A DNA stretch of 64,000 nt, from IMG/VR virus record IMGVR_UViG_3300025466_000012, positions 96,001 to 160,000 of that record. One strand, 5' to 3'. Shown one piece after another: positions 18,417 through 28,411 of the stretch. The notes below the pieces were generated by a model that saw only the letters and a list, made by a program, of their open reading frames with translations, did not search any database and was not told the DNA's origin. The stretch comes from a virus. The position numbers and the translations under genes were made by a program. The stretch's first letter is position 1. Each line of letters opens with the position of its first letter.

Positions 18417-20984
18417 TTACCCTGCGTTGTATGTGCGCCATGTTGAGCCATTATAGAACAGGCCAAAGCTCTGGTTGTTTGTGCTGACTGTCATGTTACC
18501 GGTTGCACCCATTATGGTGCGACCATTTGGATTGACAACCAAGTTGTTTGTGGCAAAGGCGCCGCCTGCATCGGCAAAGAATATGGCACCACCGGTTGCT
18601 GGGCTGGCCGGTAGTGTGGCTGTGACCGAGTTGCTCACAGTGTTGACTCCGTATCTATTGCCGGTTGTGGCTGCAAAATTGTTGCTTTGTATAGTAAATG
18701 CGGCTTCACCGGCACTGGCCTGTATGCCAGTCAACTGACTACCGTTACCCAAGATATAGTTACCGGTGATGTTTCCAACTGCACTGATACCAGTCTTGGA
18801 AAATTCTGCCACAATATTGGCTGTGTTGCTACCATCGGCTATGATCCGCACCACACCGTTGGCTTCGTTGGTACCAATCACCAAGTTACCGGTCTGACCA
18901 TTTCCGGTGCCTTGTACATACATATAGCCATCATTGGAGTTTAACGAACTGCCAAGACTGTTGTATGATCCAGGAACATAGCTGCCACCTGCAATACCCA
19001 TGTCAATAAAGTGAATGGTGTCTGACCCGTTGTCGGCTGTGGCAATATAGTCCGTGGTTGACGCGATCCCAGGATCGATATTTTGGAAATTGATCTGGCT
19101 GTAACTGTTGGCATTGCCAGAAAACTGTGCGACCACGTTGCTTGGCAAATGTGTGAACAATTGGATACCAGCATACAAAGCATTGTCGCCGCTCTGGGCA
19201 TTACCAGTCAATGAAGCCACACCAGTCAGGAATCCGCTGGCTGTTATATTGCCTGCGGCCGACACATTGCCAGGCAAAGTGGTATTACCATCAAATCCAA
19301 AGATCCAGTTGCTACCATCTACTTCGAGTCCGGTCCCCACAGTGCCAAATGCTGTGCTGAACCGATAGCTCTGTCCGGCCTGGAAGACTCCACCAGTAAT
19401 AACAATGGTGCTGGTTCCTTGATCTTGCGAAGCCACCGTAGCATTGACTACACCGGGTCCGTTGACCTTGTAACCAACCAGGTTGATGTTGTAGTTGAGA
19501 TACGGGAAAGTGCCAGTAGAACTGTTGACTCCGGATGTGTTTGTGTCGGTTTGTGTGATAGCGGCATCACCAAAGTTCGAACTGTTTGGCAGTGTCAAGT
19601 TACCGCTGGTGCCAAAAGTCCAGGTCGGTCCGTTAGTGTTGATCACGATGTTACCGCTTGGAGATGTCACATTGGCCCAGCTGAATCCGTTTATGATGTA
19701 GCTGGAATTGCCACCGCTACCGCCTCCTGGTCCAGCTACAGCCAAGAATCTGATCTGTACCACGTCACCATTGTAAGGCGCTGTGCTAAAGGTTATACTG
19801 TTGCCGGCAACATCATAGTCAACGTCGGGAGTTTGTGTAATACCGTTTATGGTCACCAACACAGTATTGGCCGTGGCCGATTGCAACAAAGTAAATGTGT
19901 TGGCAACATTGTTGCCTTCTACAGTTTGATTGATTATGCTGGTAGGTGGAATGATACCAGTCAAGTAATAGCCGTTACCATAGTAATATCCAGCAGAGAT
20001 GTTGCCGGTGGTGCTAATGGTGTTGGAGCCGAAATCAGACAAGAAAGCAGCCACATCTGAATTGCCATAGTTTCCGCCCAAGGACACCTGTGTACCGTTG
20101 GCATAATACACATCAAAAGTGTTGCCTGATAGATTCAAGTTGCCGGCCAATGACAAATTACCATCAGTGCCAAAACTCCATTCATTACCGGCGATACCAA
20201 TGACCAAATTGCCATCGGTTGTGGCTATGTTGGCATAGCTGTTGCCGTTGAAAATCTTGTTTGAACTGGCATTGATACCGGTCAACTGTGATCCATTACC
20301 AAAATAGTAATTGGCGGCAACATTGCCGGTCACATTGACCACCCCGGTGCCGTTGGCAGTGAGAGTGACATTGCCGTTGGCCAATGTGCTTGTGATGGTA
20401 TTGCCGTTGATTTTTAAATTGCCAATGACAGTATTGCCCGGCAGGTTGGTGACACCTTTGAGTCCAATGTATCTGTAGCCCGAGACATAAATCACATTAC
20501 CTGAGGTAAGACTAGCCGGTATGGTATTGCCAATAAAGTTTAACAGTCCGGCTTGGTTGTCAAAAAAGTATTCACCAGTGCCGCCGGATCCAGCAGCAAA
20601 CAATTGAGTACCAGTGGACTGTATATTGGCCGCACCAGGTGGCCCGGCATAGACCTTGACCAACCAGGTGCTTCCAAATTCAGACGGAATCCAATCGGTC
20701 AATCCGGTCAACCAGGTAGGATTCACTCCACCAATCAGGCCCACTGTAGGGTCGGCTGTACACTGTACACTGCTTCCGCCCAGATAACTTTGTGTGATAC
20801 CACTCACAGTCTGAGCTGTAGCTGGAATTTGATCACTCTGTGTCCATACTATGTCACCGGCCAACAAGGGTGGGCTGGCTATGCTTTCGTTGCTGGGTGC
20901 CTTGGGCGGATTGGTGTCGGTCTTGGCCACACCAAATAATTTTTTAACTAATAGATCAATGTATTGTGCTTGTGATATTGCCAT
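18417..20984 (-). CDS. tail fibre/baseplate-associated structural protein
   Basis: 855 aa with GNGSQLTGI and TGN/SGN repeats, C-terminal VNTVSNSVTATLPASPATG...FFADAGG module. Confidence 0.75.
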   Translation of the reverse strand: MAISQAQYIDLLVKKLFGVAKTDTNPPKAPSNESIASPPLLAGDIVWTQSDQIPATAQTVSGITQSYLGGSSVQCTADPTVGLIGGVNPTWLTGLTDWIPSEFGSTWLVKVYAGPPGAANIQSTGTQLFAAGSGGTGEYFFDNQAGLLNFIGNTIPASLTSGNVIYVSGYRYIGLKGVTNLPGNTVIGNLKINGNTITSTLANGNVTLTANGTGVVNVTGNVAANYYFGNGSQLTGINASSNKIFNGNSYANIATTDGNLVIGIAGNEWSFGTDGNLSLAGNLNLSGNTFDVYYANGTQVSLGGNYGNSDVAAFLSDFGSNTISTTGNISAGYYYGNGYYLTGIIPPTSIINQTVEGNNVANTFTLLQSATANTVLVTINGITQTPDVDYDVAGNSITFSTAPYNGDVVQIRFLAVAGPGGGSGGNSSYIINGFSWANVTSPSGNIVINTNGPTWTFGTSGNLTLPNSSNFGDAAITQTDTNTSGVNSSTGTFPYLNYNINLVGYKVNGPGVVNATVASQDQGTSTIVITGGVFQAGQSYRFSTAFGTVGTGLEVDGSNWIFGFDGNTTLPGNVSAAGNITASGFLTGVASLTGNAQSGDNALYAGIQLFTHLPSNVVAQFSGNANSYSQINFQNIDPGIASTTDYIATADNGSDTIHFIDMGIAGGSYVPGSYNSLGSSLNSNDGYMYVQGTGNGQTGNLVIGTNEANGVVRIIADGSNTANIVAEFSKTGISAVGNITGNYILGNGSQLTGIQASAGEAAFTIQSNNFAATTGNRYGVNTVSNSVTATLPASPATGGAIFFADAGGAFATNNLVVNPNGRTIMGATGNMTVSTNNQSFGLFYNGSTWRTYNAG

Positions 20985-20985
20985 A

Positions 20986-23900
20986 TTATGGAGCCGCCTG
21001 TATATTTAATGCAGTTACTGACTGCCCAGATGTGAGTAAGATCCTTACATAAATTTCGTTGTTGGTAGCACTGCTGCTACTGACTGTACCAAAGGTACAA
21101 GTATATATTTTGCTCACGTTGCTTTGAGCTGTATTGGGCACAACTGCTCCGCCCGACGCACAACCATTTGAACCATTGCCACCGGCTCCTATGTTGGCAC
21201 CCGGAACACCTGCTCCGGCATAGTTCTGTGTCATGTCCAACCATCCGTTTAGTGTGCTGGTGCTGTCAATTTGGCTACCTGGCAGGGCCACCCACATGCC
21301 GGCCACTGTGCCCAGATATCTGATGGCAAACTGGCTGACCGGTGTCCGGGTGAACTTGAATGTAAAGTATTGGTTGGCCCCTTGGCTGCTGAGATTTGGA
21401 CCTGCTGGCAAATATCCTGACGAATAGTTGGTGGTGTCATATTTGAGCACACCGGCCGAACCTGATCCAACTACCACAGCATCATAGGTCTGTAATGGGC
21501 CTGTTTGGCTGTTGAACTGTGCTTCGCTACCGGTATAGGTCGGAGTGTTCGTGCTTCCAGGGTTTACAATACGATAGCCCACTGCCGAACCTGAGCCGGT
21601 AGTATTGGCCGCGATCACGATGTTGCCTTCGTCAATGGCTGTGACATTGCCGGTCTTGTACAGTACTGTACCGCTTGGTGTAAATGTATTGGTCGTAGCG
21701 TTGTAACTGTTGGTCACTGTGACAGTAGGTCCTGAAGCACTGCTACCAAATCCGGAAATTATGGCCGCTGTGGTGTTGGCAGTGGCGTTACCAGAACTGA
21801 CCAGATAATTTTGTGACAGCGGTGTGGTTATGTTGGCAGCCGCATAAGTGACCGTGGCCGGAGCCGCAAACGCACCGCCGGCTGTGGTAGCACTGGTAAG
21901 ATTGTTGCTGTCCGGATACATGTTGGCACTGAGACGATTGACCTGAAATCCAATGTTGAAGTTGGTACCGTTGTTGTAGTGTGGTATAGTGCTAGAATAG
22001 GTCAGGCTAGGGCTAGCACAGGCCACAAACGTGGTCGAACTGAACTGTGGTGCTGCCGCAGTACTTGCGTCATAGTACCAGTAAGGCGTATTGGTATTGC
22101 CGGCCACATTGTCGCTCAAATAAACTTCGTTCCAGCCCGATGGAGCACCGTTGCCGCTGATGGCCGAACTAAACACATACCAGAAACCGGCCGTGATTGA
22201 TGAATTGGCAGAATGATAATCGTAATTGTTGGTGACTACCAGATTTCCTCCGTAAGTGCCATTGGCACTTGGCGAAGCACTGGTGTAAAATGAAGCATTG
22301 CCTACCGCGGCTCCGTTGCGATACGCAGTGAGCGTGCCCGAATCACCAGGGCCAGTATTGCCGATGGTGTTGGTTGTGTAAATGGAATTTCTTACAGCAG
22401 ACACAGTGGTTCCGGCCGATACAGCCTTGTTGCCGGTGGCGGTGTTGTCGGGTTGAGTAAATCCTGAACACATGCGAGCCGGTGTGGTTGACATGGTCAA
22501 GGTCAAGCTATTTCCACCTGGGAAGTTGGGTGGTGATGCTGGTACCAGTTTGCCCAACACATAGTTCAATTCGGCTATGCCATTGGTGACACTGGTGTCG
22601 GTTGTCAAAGTGACAGCGTTGCTGACCAAGTTGCCGGCTGTGGGTGTGCCCATCTGTATGCCGGTGGCTCCACCATTGGTGTTGGCCAATATAACCAAGC
22701 CTGTACCAGGCGGTTGCAAATAGATGTTGGCATTGGCCACGTTGCTGCTGATTGTAGTGTTGCTGAAAGTGATATTGCCAGTGTTGCCGCTGACAATACC
22801 GGTCAACTGACTGCCGTTACCTAAAATATAGTTGCCTGATATGTTGCCTACTGCACTCACAAACGAAACATTGCTGATTGAAAAGCCTTGACCATCAAGA
22901 TTGGCTGTCAAGTTGCCATCAAAATAACCGGTAGTACCCTGGATGCCTTGCACGCCGGTAGTGCCCTGTACTCCTTGGATACCTGTGGCGCCTTGTACGC
23001 CTTGTGTGCCTTGAGCTCCATCCACGCCTTGTATGCCTTGAGCACCTGTGGCACCTTGAGCACCTGTGGTTCCTTGAGCACCATCATTACCGGTAGTGCC
23101 TTGAGCACCTGTGGTTCCTTGAGTACCAGTAGCGCCTTGTAGTCCAGTGGTTCCTTGTGCACCTGTGGCGCCCTGTGTGCCTGTTGTGCCCTGAGGTCCT
23201 TGTATTTGTCCGACATTGGTCCAGAGACCTCCTTCGTAGACCCATAAATTTCCAGTGTCTCGTGCTATGACTCCATCGCCGGCTACTGCACCTGGGAATG
23301 CCGCATTCAATGTGGCCTGTGGATCAACTCCTACTGTAGGCACACTGCCGATAATAGCAACACTGGTACCATTGGTACCTTGGACACCTTGTGTACCGGT
23401 AGTGCCCTGTGCACCTGTGGTTCCTTGAGCTCCTGTAGTGCCTTGTATGCCCTGTGCTCCATCAACTCCTTGAATACCTGTCGTGCCTTGTGCTCCATCG
23501 TTCCCGGTAACACCCTGGATGCCTTGCGTGCCGGTAGCGCCTTGTACGCCTTGAATGCCGGTAGCGCCTTGCACGCCGTCAACTCCCTGTGCACCGGTAG
23601 CACCTTGTATGCCTTGTGTGCCTGTGGTGCCTTGAGCTCCGTTGTTGCCAGTGGCACCTTGAGACCCGTCTACACCCTGGATGCCGGTGGTGCCTTGTAT
23701 GCCTGTTGTGCCTTGTGTGCCAGTAGCACCTTGGATTCCGCTGTTGTATGGTGATCCGTTAGCATAGTTGATTGATACTTCTGAGTTTCCAGGCAGTACC
23801 AAATTGCCTGCCGAATTAAACACCCAACTGTGGCTGTTGATATTGATTTCTAAATTGCTATTTGGGTCAGCTATGTTGGCATAACTGGCGCCATTGAAAA

Positions 23901-24819
23901 TCTTGTTTGAACTGGCGTTGATTCCGGTCAACTGACTGCCGTTACCGAGCAGATACAAAGCAGAAATATTGCCAGTGGCACTGATATTGGCCGAGCTGTT
24001 TATATCTCCGGGTGCAGTCAAATTACCACTAGTATCAAAATTCCAAACAGCAGAATTTCCTGCGTTTACATACACATTGCCATTGGCTACCGGTATTGAT
24101 ACATTACTGGCACCATTGCTGATCGAGTTAGTGTTTACATTTAGTCCAGTCAATAGACTGCCATTACCTATGAAGTAATCACCGGTGACATTGCCCACAG
24201 CACTGATGTATCCGCCAGCTTGGATATTACCAGAAACGCTGATATTGTTGACACTGATGTTGCCGCCTTTGTAGTCGATATACTGAGCATAAACAGTGGC
24301 CCAGCGTCGAGTGGGACTGCCCAGATTACGAACATTGGAGATATCGGGCAAGATGTTCACGTTGCTGACCACATTGCCGATACCATTGGGTGCCAGCACC
24401 AGATTGCCATTGGTATTCAAGGTGCGAATGGTATTGTCGGCTATCTGAATGTTTGAACCAACCGGACCGGCTGCGTAGATCTGATCAAAGTTGTGATTGA
24501 CCTTGGTAAAGGCCACGTCCAAGGGATCGCCAGGCGGCACTGTGTTGATGATATACTGCCCGGCACTGTCAAACGTCACGGTCATCGTGCCCGAACCGTT
24601 GGCCAGGGGATAAATGGCTCCACCCGGCAAGCTGGTGATCTGTATCTGGTTGCTGCTGATGGTATTGCCGATATAGTAGGTAGCGTTGGCCGTGATGTTT
24701 CCAAATGTGTTACCAGTAAAAACTATGGGCAGGCCCACCACCATGTTGGCGATATTGGCCATGACCACGCTGTTGGTGTTGGCGTAGGTGTTTGAAGCGG
24801 TTGTAGAATACGAACTCAT
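20986..24819 (-). CDS. collagen-like triple-helix repeat fibre protein
   Basis: 1277 aa, GDPLDVAFTKVNHNF gp9/10-like motif, two long Gly-X-Y tracts (GTQ/GAT/GTT), upstream ATAAATA and AAGGA RBS. Confidence 0.85.
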   Translation of the reverse strand: MSSYSTTASNTYANTNSVVMANIANMVVGLPIVFTGNTFGNITANATYYIGNTISSNQIQITSLPGGAIYPLANGSGTMTVTFDSAGQYIINTVPPGDPLDVAFTKVNHNFDQIYAAGPVGSNIQIADNTIRTLNTNGNLVLAPNGIGNVVSNVNILPDISNVRNLGSPTRRWATVYAQYIDYKGGNISVNNISVSGNIQAGGYISAVGNVTGDYFIGNGSLLTGLNVNTNSISNGASNVSIPVANGNVYVNAGNSAVWNFDTSGNLTAPGDINSSANISATGNISALYLLGNGSQLTGINASSNKIFNGASYANIADPNSNLEININSHSWVFNSAGNLVLPGNSEVSINYANGSPYNSGIQGATGTQGTTGIQGTTGIQGVDGSQGATGNNGAQGTTGTQGIQGATGAQGVDGVQGATGIQGVQGATGTQGIQGVTGNDGAQGTTGIQGVDGAQGIQGTTGAQGTTGAQGTTGTQGVQGTNGTSVAIIGSVPTVGVDPQATLNAAFPGAVAGDGVIARDTGNLWVYEGGLWTNVGQIQGPQGTTGTQGATGAQGTTGLQGATGTQGTTGAQGTTGNDGAQGTTGAQGATGAQGIQGVDGAQGTQGVQGATGIQGVQGTTGVQGIQGTTGYFDGNLTANLDGQGFSISNVSFVSAVGNISGNYILGNGSQLTGIVSGNTGNITFSNTTISSNVANANIYLQPPGTGLVILANTNGGATGIQMGTPTAGNLVSNAVTLTTDTSVTNGIAELNYVLGKLVPASPPNFPGGNSLTLTMSTTPARMCSGFTQPDNTATGNKAVSAGTTVSAVRNSIYTTNTIGNTGPGDSGTLTAYRNGAAVGNASFYTSASPSANGTYGGNLVVTNNYDYHSANSSITAGFWYVFSSAISGNGAPSGWNEVYLSDNVAGNTNTPYWYYDASTAAAPQFSSTTFVACASPSLTYSSTIPHYNNGTNFNIGFQVNRLSANMYPDSNNLTSATTAGGAFAAPATVTYAAANITTPLSQNYLVSSGNATANTTAAIISGFGSSASGPTVTVTNSYNATTNTFTPSGTVLYKTGNVTAIDEGNIVIAANTTGSGSAVGYRIVNPGSTNTPTYTGSEAQFNSQTGPLQTYDAVVVGSGSAGVLKYDTTNYSSGYLPAGPNLSSQGANQYFTFKFTRTPVSQFAIRYLGTVAGMWVALPGSQIDSTSTLNGWLDMTQNYAGAGVPGANIGAGGNGSNGCASGGAVVPNTAQSNVSKIYTCTFGTVSSSSATNNEIYVRILLTSGQSVTALNIQAAP
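22930..23745 (-). repeat. Gly-X-Y collagen-like repeats in two tracts separated by a ~55-aa non-repeat insert
   Basis: Visible 9-bp periodic repeats (ccttgtgtgcc/ccttgagcacc on plus strand). Boundaries approximate. Confidence 0.85.
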
Positions 24820-24844
24820 TGGGTTCCTTGTTAGCCTTTTTAGT

Positions 24845-24851
24845 TATTTAT
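24845..24851 (-). promoter_or_regulatory. T4-type late promoter motif
   Basis: ATAAATA ~25 nt upstream of the fibre-island start at 24819. Confidence 0.6.
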
Positions 24852-24947
24852 GGCTAACTTGTAATCCAAAACAGTTGTTTTGTCACACACAATTTGCTAT
24901 ACTAGTATCATGCTGTGGACACACAGCTTTTTAGAGAAAGGCATCAA

Positions 24948-25220
24948 ATGAAACATTTCAATCCTGAAACAAAGACTTTCAAGGTCTTACAAGCACTACA
25001 AAGTGGCAAGGCGTTGACAGCTAGCCAGGCTGGTAAAATGGGTGTAAAAAACTTGTCAGCCGAAGTAAGCCGTATTAGAAGCAACGGTTTTGCCATTTAC
25101 ACAAACAGCCGCGTTGCTGGCAATGGTGTCAAGGTAACTGAATACGTACTTGGCAAACCCTCGAGAAAATTAGTGGCTTTAGGTTACAAAGCACAGGCTT
25201 TGGGAATCACCTTAGACTAA
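24948..25220 (+). CDS. winged helix-turn-helix protein
   Basis: VLQALQSGKALTASQA...NLSAEVSRIRSNGFAI, preceded by TTGTTT-17-TATACT. Confidence 0.7.
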   Translation: MKHFNPETKTFKVLQALQSGKALTASQAGKMGVKNLSAEVSRIRSNGFAIYTNSRVAGNGVKVTEYVLGKPSRKLVALGYKAQALGITLD

Positions 25221-25253
25221 GTCTTATCCTAATACCCCGTTCGGTGGTATTCC

Positions 25254-25283
25254 AAAAAGCCCGGTTTCGCCGGGCTTTTTTCT
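25254..25283. terminator. bidirectional rho-independent terminator
   Basis: AAAAAGCCCGG-TTTCG-CCGGGCTTTTTTCT. Confidence 0.9.
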
Positions 25284-25289
25284 TTGCGG

Positions 25290-25318
25290 TTGACCAAAAA
25301 ATGCCCTTTTGCTATAAT
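25290..25318 (+). promoter_or_regulatory. sigma70-type early promoter
   Basis: TTGACC-17-TATAAT. Confidence 0.85.
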
Positions 25319-25345
25319 ATATGTATAGTTAAATAAAGGATAAAC

Positions 25346-25939
25346 ATGCCAAATTATTGCTCAAATTCCGTTGTATTAAGACACGAAGATCCTGCCCAAA
25401 TTGCCCGGGCTGTAGGAGCATTCAAGCGTGGTGAACTTTTGGCCGAACTGGTGCCAAATCCTGCCGGTGCTTGGGACTACGATTGGTCGGTTGCAAATTG
25501 GGGTGTCAAATGGGACGTGGACGGTGATATTGATCCAGTGGTTGCCGACGACGGACTATCAGCCCAGTTCGCCTTTAGTTCGGCCTGGAGTCCGCCGATC
25601 ACGGCCTATGAACACATGACTGAACAGGGATTTAGAATAGACGCCATGTACTACGAATCTGGCATGGCATTTGCCGGAACATGGGACAGTGAATTTGGTG
25701 AGGATCACTACGATTTATCCGGAATGGATTCTGGTGATGTGGCCCAGCAGTTGCCCCAGGATTTAGACGAAACATTTGGCATCAGTGCAACCATGGCCGA
25801 ATACGAAGATGAAGAACCCTTGACCGAATGGTATAAAGATGGTGTTGAACAATGCAAGCTAGATCCGCATGATGAAATGCCACATGAGTTTGCCACGCCA
25901 GGACAGTTTGTCTTCGAAGAAGGATTAAAAAATGAATGA
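25346..25939 (+). CDS. YubB/DUF1281 ferredoxin-like domain protein
   Basis: MPNYCSN, NWGVKWDV, FSSAWSPP, YYESGMAFAG. Confidence 0.8.
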   Translation: MPNYCSNSVVLRHEDPAQIARAVGAFKRGELLAELVPNPAGAWDYDWSVANWGVKWDVDGDIDPVVADDGLSAQFAFSSAWSPPITAYEHMTEQGFRIDAMYYESGMAFAGTWDSEFGEDHYDLSGMDSGDVAQQLPQDLDETFGISATMAEYEDEEPLTEWYKDGVEQCKLDPHDEMPHEFATPGQFVFEEGLKNE

Positions 25940-26252
25940 TTTTGTAAGAGAATTTGGTGGGTTTCTGGTACAGGCCGTGATATCATACGCCCTGATACGG
26001 TTGTTGTTGATCTTGATAAGTGTCCGTATCGTACGGGTCTCGGTCGATGTGCCGGCCCGGGCAATACCAATCACGGTCGAAGCCATAGGTGATCAGTTCT
26101 ACTGCTACGACAAGAACAAAAACTCGTTCCTGGCACAAGGACGTGATCGCGACGAGATAGTGGAGTTGCTGACAAAACAGTATCCCAATCATACCATCTA
26201 TGTGGATGGTGGAGATCCGGCAGATATAAAAAGATTTTTGGAGAACAAATGA
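25932..26252 (+). CDS. hypothetical membrane-anchored protein
   Basis: N-terminal hydrophobic helix, operon context. Confidence 0.7.
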   Translation: MNDFVREFGGFLVQAVISYALIRLLLILISVRIVRVSVDVPARAIPITVEAIGDQFYCYDKNKNSFLAQGRDRDEIVELLTKQYPNHTIYVDGGDPADIKRFLENK

Positions 26253-27172
26253 AAATAGCACTGGCCAGTGATCTACATTTAGAATTTGGACCGATCACGC
26301 TTGACAACAACGAGCATGCCGATGTACTGATCCTGGCTGGAGATATCTGTGTGGCCCATCATTTTGTGGATGGCAAGCCCACTTATCAACAGCGCATGGC
26401 CAAAGAGTATCGGGCATTTTTCCAACATGTGTGTGAACAATTTCCGCATGTGGTCTACATCATGGGCAATCACGAGCACTATTCGGGTGATGTGGCCCAT
26501 ACTCTGCGCATCTTGCGCGAGAACCTGGTTTATGCTAATCTGCACATACTGGAAAAAGAAACCTGGTGCCATCAGGATTGGACCTTTGTTGGTGGCACGC
26601 TGTGGACTGACATGAACCGAGAAGATCCACTGACCCTGTTGCATACCAGAGACAGCATGAACGACTTCCGAGAAGTCAAAAACAGCAATAGATATGTGAG
26701 TCGTCGGGTCCCTGTCTATGAAAAGAATCCAGACTGGACCGAAGATGGCCGCATGGGTGAGAAATATCAGCTGGACGACGCAGGCGCCATGGTCCGTGTG
26801 GGCTACAAGCACAAGGAAGAGCCTGCTCGTTGGAGCCCAGAAGATTCGGTACAGGATCATCAACGCATGCTGGATTACATAAAACTGGTGACGCAGAATC
26901 CGGGTCGATACATCGTGGTCGGGCATCATGCGCCCAGCGGTGCCAGCGTGGCTGATCGCTACCGGCGAGATCGTCTGATGAATGGTGCATTCCGTAGCGA
27001 GCTGGGCGAGTTCATACAGGATCGGCCCCAGATACGACTATGGTTGCACGGACACATGCACAACAATTCCGATTACTGTATTGGCGAAACACAGATCGTA
27101 TGCAATCCCAGAGGTTATGTGGGGCACGAAGATTCGGCCAACTGGTTCAAACTACAATATATAGAGGTATAG
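26249..27172 (+). CDS. calcineurin-like metallophosphoesterase
   Basis: SDLHLE, LAGDI, MGNHEHY, GHHAPS, LHGHMH, CNPRGY. Confidence 0.9.
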   Translation: MKIALASDLHLEFGPITLDNNEHADVLILAGDICVAHHFVDGKPTYQQRMAKEYRAFFQHVCEQFPHVVYIMGNHEHYSGDVAHTLRILRENLVYANLHILEKETWCHQDWTFVGGTLWTDMNREDPLTLLHTRDSMNDFREVKNSNRYVSRRVPVYEKNPDWTEDGRMGEKYQLDDAGAMVRVGYKHKEEPARWSPEDSVQDHQRMLDYIKLVTQNPGRYIVVGHHAPSGASVADRYRRDRLMNGAFRSELGEFIQDRPQIRLWLHGHMHNNSDYCIGETQIVCNPRGYVGHEDSANWFKLQYIEV

Positions 27173-27173
27173 C

Positions 27174-27359
27174 ATGATCAATTGGTTGCGTCACAGTGGT
27201 ATCACTGTTATAATAATTGCAAATCCCATGCAGTGGAGTTGGCGTCCATATGCGCGAGATTTTGACGTCAACGAATGGCGTGGACCCAACGAGCGTGCAT
27301 GGGTTGCTGCATGGTTGTTTTTACGGATCAATCTGTTTGTGGATGACGGGAGCTGGTAA
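27174..27359 (+). CDS. hypothetical protein
   Basis: 61-aa ORF in tight operon. Confidence 0.65.
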   Translation: MINWLRHSGITVIIIANPMQWSWRPYARDFDVNEWRGPNERAWVAAWLFLRINLFVDDGSW

Positions 27360-27761
27360 ATGGGCATGTATGACAATTTACAGTATCTGGGGCACGAGTA
27401 TCAGACCAAGGATACTCCAGCACAGCGTCTGGACCTGTACAAGATTGAGATAAATCAGGACAACGGGCATTGGTATCTTTGGCACCAAGAATATGATGCA
27501 AAATGGGTGGATGATCCCATGGGGTTGTCCTGTGGATACCTGGACCAGAAAAACAAGAGATGGAGATTGTGTCAGGATTTTGATGGCCTGATCAGATTCT
27601 ATCGCGAAGACGATGAGCGAGGTGGGTACAAATCTGATGCCTGGATCGAGTACCAAGCCTTGTTCATGAATGGACAGATGCTCAAGCTGACACAGACACA
27701 AGGCGAGCCGCTGACACAGTGGTTGCTGGGTGGTATAAAACAAAAGGAAAAAACAAAATGA
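27360..27761 (+). CDS. hypothetical protein
   Basis: MGMYD...YQTKD pattern common in phages. Confidence 0.75.
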   Translation: MGMYDNLQYLGHEYQTKDTPAQRLDLYKIEINQDNGHWYLWHQEYDAKWVDDPMGLSCGYLDQKNKRWRLCQDFDGLIRFYREDDERGGYKSDAWIEYQALFMNGQMLKLTQTQGEPLTQWLLGGIKQKEKTK

Positions 27762-28411
27762 AGATTTACATGAACGGGTATCCTGACCACTGGTTGAGTC
27801 CGCATACAATTATTGATCATGCTTTTTTCTGGACAGCATGGTCCAAGTGTAGTCGTGATCCAGGCATCGTCGAAGATGCGGATTTCGTTGACAGACCTGC
27901 ATGGGCGGACAAATGGGCTGACCGTTTGGATCCTATCTGTCGGGTTATCAAACGTGTTCGCCAAGTGATCCATCCTGAAATTCGTTATGTAAAGATTGAC
28001 AGATACGATACATGGTCGATGGACCATACTTTAGCTCATATCATACACCCCATGTTGATCCAGCTCAAAAACACCAAACACGGTGCTCCATTCACCGATG
28101 ATGAAGATGTACCCGAAGAATTGAGCAGTTGGAAGGCAGAACCAAAAGAGAATGAATGGGATACCGATTCTAACCATTTCAAGCGTTGGGACTGGATCCT
28201 GGATCAAATGATCTGGTCTTTTGCTCAGGAACTTGAAGATGATGATGTAAGTCAGTTTTACGATCATTCAGAAAGTTTTGAGCAAGGTGGTGATTTTAAC
28301 GAACGTTTGAAAAATATAAAAGTAGACCGAGAAGGGCTCAAAGCACACCAGGATCGCAAGGCCAACGGATTTAGACTGTTTGGCAAGTATTATCAGAATC
28401 TGTGGGATTGA
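27758..28411 (+). CDS. conserved T4-like phage hypothetical protein
   Basis: ATGA coupling, VKIDRYDTWSMDHTLAHII.PML.QLK..KHGAP and GFRLFGKYYQNLWD. Confidence 0.8.
   Translation: MKIYMNGYPDHWLSPHTIIDHAFFWTAWSKCSRDPGIVEDADFVDRPAWADKWADRLDPICRVIKRVRQVIHPEIRYVKIDRYDTWSMDHTLAHIIHPMLIQLKNTKHGAPFTDDEDVPEELSSWKAEPKENEWDTDSNHFKRWDWILDQMIWSFAQELEDDDVSQFYDHSESFEQGGDFNERLKNIKVDREGLKAHQDRKANGFRLFGKYYQNLWD

Noticed and set aside
22888-23754. Cys/Ala/Leu-rich repetitive ORFs in alternate frames (also 45397-46009)
   Set aside because: By-products of the 9-bp collagen periodicity.
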